Position numbers and translations under genes: made by a program | Origin: Octopus vulgaris | Taxonomy: Eukaryota | Reading direction: 5' to 3' | Length of the DNA: 64,000 bases | NCBI GenBank assembly: GCA_951406725.2 | Contig: OX597819.1 | Span: forward strand, 128,588,001-128,652,000 | Shown: one piece after another, positions 61,733 through 64,000 of the stretch | How positions within the stretch are numbered: position 1 is the first letter of the stretch | Layout: each line of letters begins with the position of its first letter | Notes under the pieces: model-generated | Seen by the model: only the letters and a program-made list of their open reading frames with translations | What the model was told of the DNA's origin: nothing | Database searches by the model: none

Positions 61733-61845
61733 CAGAGGTGGGCACCGTTAATCGAAAAGTTAACTTCGTTAATTGTTAATTCGTTAACCAAAAAATTAAC
61801 TTTGTTAATCGTTAATCTGTTAATTTTTTGAAAATGTAACGAAAG
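61733..61845 (+). mobile_element. hAT-like DNA transposon end with GTTAA subterminal repeats
   Basis: CAGAGGTGGGCA start then about 8 GTTAA motifs; other end not seen. Confidence 0.45.
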
Positions 61846-61873
61846 TGGAAATTTTACCGGTGAGTGTGTTAAA

Positions 61874-62480
61874 TTATAAGGCACTAAAAGAGAATGACTC
61901 TCCCCAGACACGACATTAACGTCAACTTTTATTGGAAATGGCATAACTATAGTTTAATACGCCACCGACTTTGTTGCCTCATAACTTCCAGAAAAACGGA
62001 TACTTTTTAACGAAACTTCCACCAAATAATGGATTATATCCTGCAGATTAAGTGTATGTGAAGACTTGTAGGAAAAATTTTTCCGAGGGGTTGGGGAGAG
62101 GAATTTCGGAAAATTCACTGAAGCCGACATTTTCCCCCTCATAACTTTCTGGAAAATAGGTATCTTTTAATGAAATTTTATTCAAATACCTTTCAAACGG
62201 TGTAGATTACGATTACAAAGAAATTTTTAGGCAAAATTTTTGGAAGGGGGCGGAGGGTGAAGTTTCTGGAAAATGGAGTTTCGGATCAGACAGCCACGAA
62301 TTTCTCCATTTTGATGGGGATTTTTTCCAATGATTTTCACCAAAGTCCACGAAAAAAAAAGAAAAAAATTTTTTTAAAGATTTTTTCACTTCCGCCACCC
62401 CCTTACCACCCCAGTCCGAAACGATTTTGGCAATTTTTTTTTTTTCACTAAGCACTTAAAAGCCGTGAGCAGGGTTCAGC
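61874..62480 (+). mobile_element. Unclassified non-autonomous element, possibly Helentron/DINE-like
   Basis: Repeated cctcataactt..gaaaa..ttaa.gaaa.tt blocks; termini not firmly resolved. Confidence 0.3.
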
Positions 62481-62787
62481 TGACGTAGAACAGCCACTTG
62501 TGTACAATGGCTGCCGATGGAAGAGAATAAGTTTTGTGATTTGAGGGACGTTTGCAGTTATTTCTACGAAGTCAGATTCGTAGCCATTGAACTGAATCAA
62601 ATATTAGACAGCGATGTTATGTAGTCTAATGTGTTTGGAGAGAATCCAATGTTTTCATTACTTAGATGGATGACGTTAGTTGATATCTGAACTAAAAGCC
62701 ACAGTTTACGCCTGTATTCCTACATTTCCAAGTTCATTTTTAGATAACAGTAGTAGCTATAGTAGCAGCAGCAGCAGCAGCAGCGGT

Positions 62788-63138
62788 GGAGGCGCATGGC
62801 CCAGTGGTTAGGGCAGCGGACTCGCGGTTTCGATTCCCAGACCGGGTGTTCTGTTTGTTTATCGAGCGAAAACACCTAAAGCTCCACGAGGCTCCGACAG
62901 GGGTTGGTGGCGACCCTGTTGTACTCTTTCGCCCCAACTTTCTCTCACTCTTTCTTCCTGCTTCTCGTCCCCGACTTCCTACGCAACCGCTGAGCCTGGA
63001 TGCGCATTCATTCATCCGTCGATGCTCTCGGTGTCGGGGGTTGACCTGCTTTCTCTTCTGCGGGTCTTACGAATAGCAAAGGACCACGTTTCGGACTTCT
63101 CCCATCTTGTGAGCTCTGGGACGAAGACCGCTTCGCTC
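62788..63138 (+). mobile_element. tRNA-derived SINE in a (CAG)n tract; same head as 4765-5084, different tail
   Basis: Matching 5' ~170 bp, CAG runs on both sides. Confidence 0.8.
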
Positions 63139-63589
63139 AACAGCAACAGCAGCAGCAGTCTTTGTTGTTGTTGCCGTTGTTTCAAGTTTAAATTCTAGCC
63201 TCGTTCGAGCATTGCTTTTTATCACTTGGTCAGCACCTATGAGTTTTTGAGGCTTTCTGAAAAGCAGGGAGGCAGGCATCCTCAAATCTGTGACCTGATG
63301 TAGTATGGACTAAATGGCTGCGACAGAGTGGACTCCACTGAAGGCAGCTACTGGCTAGGTGTTGGGTTAAACTAGGCAATGGTTTACCACTAAGTTTACC
63401 ACTCAAAAAGGCGACGGTAGGATTTGGACTCAGAGTGCAATGAGCCGAAACAAATACTTCAAGGCTCTGACAATTCCGTTATTTATCGACCCGCAGAAGA
63501 ATGAACTTTTAAGTTAACTTTGGTAGAATTTGATCTTCGAACAGAGGGCCAGAAATAAATATTTCTAATCAGTACTATTGTATCGATCA

Positions 63590-63700
63590 ATCTCTTGGGT
63601 ACACACCAAACACCTGGAAGTAAAACTCGATGGCGGGTACACCTGCATGTTAAAGGCCGTTCTGAATAACACCTGGGAAAAGTGTCCTACCAAATACAGG
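63590..63700 (+). mobile_element. RTE LINE fragment
   Basis: SWVHTKHLEVKLDGGYTCMLKAVLNNTW resembles the RTE post-RT motif. Confidence 0.6.
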
Positions 63701-64000
63701 CAATATCTTTTATCTGTTTCGGAGGGCGGCGAGCTGGCAGAAACGTTAGCACACCGGGCGAAATGCGTAGCCGTATTTCGTCTGCCGTTACCTTCTGAGT
63801 TCAAATTCCGCCGAGGTCGACTTTGCCTTTCATCCTTTCAGGGTCGATAAATTAAGTACCAGTTACGCACTGGGGTCGATATAATCGACATAATCCGTTT
63901 GTCTGTCCTTGTTTGTTCCCTCTGTGTTTAGCCCCTTGTGGGTAGTAAAGAAATATATATCTTTTATCTGTTTCGGGCATTACACTGCGGCCATGCTGGG

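Overview
Eukaryotic, AT-rich, repeat-dense DNA. The SINE/LINE families point to an octopus (coleoid cephalopod) genome; this is inferred from recognising the repeats, not from a search. One spliced protein-coding gene is supported on the + strand: six GT-AG exons (16036-16089, 19228-19374, 21462-21771, 27730-29028, 34097-34246, 38665-38777) join in frame to 690 aa plus stop. Its start-codon exon was not found. The product is an uncharacterised, low-complexity, probably nuclear protein with two LRxAAL motifs and a C-terminal helix resembling the CCDC9 N-terminal helix. The rest is mobile DNA: about 25 (GAT)n-tailed RTE-related elements, CORE-type and Meta-type tRNA SINEs, RTE/CR1/R4-Dong LINE fragments, Helitrons (one composite with a PIF1-like helicase fragment), piggyBac-type MITEs, a hAT remnant and microsatellites. 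Most ORFs in the supplied track are repeat artefacts. The most unusual signals are (i) recurrent fold-back retroelement twins, especially a ~250 bp tail-to-tail RTE palindrome whose self-complementary tail is shared with a SINE, (ii) an exact template-switch footprint between inverted SINEs, and (iii) a candidate minimal hammerhead ribozyme. Repeat boundaries are approximate unless a TSD or terminus is quoted.
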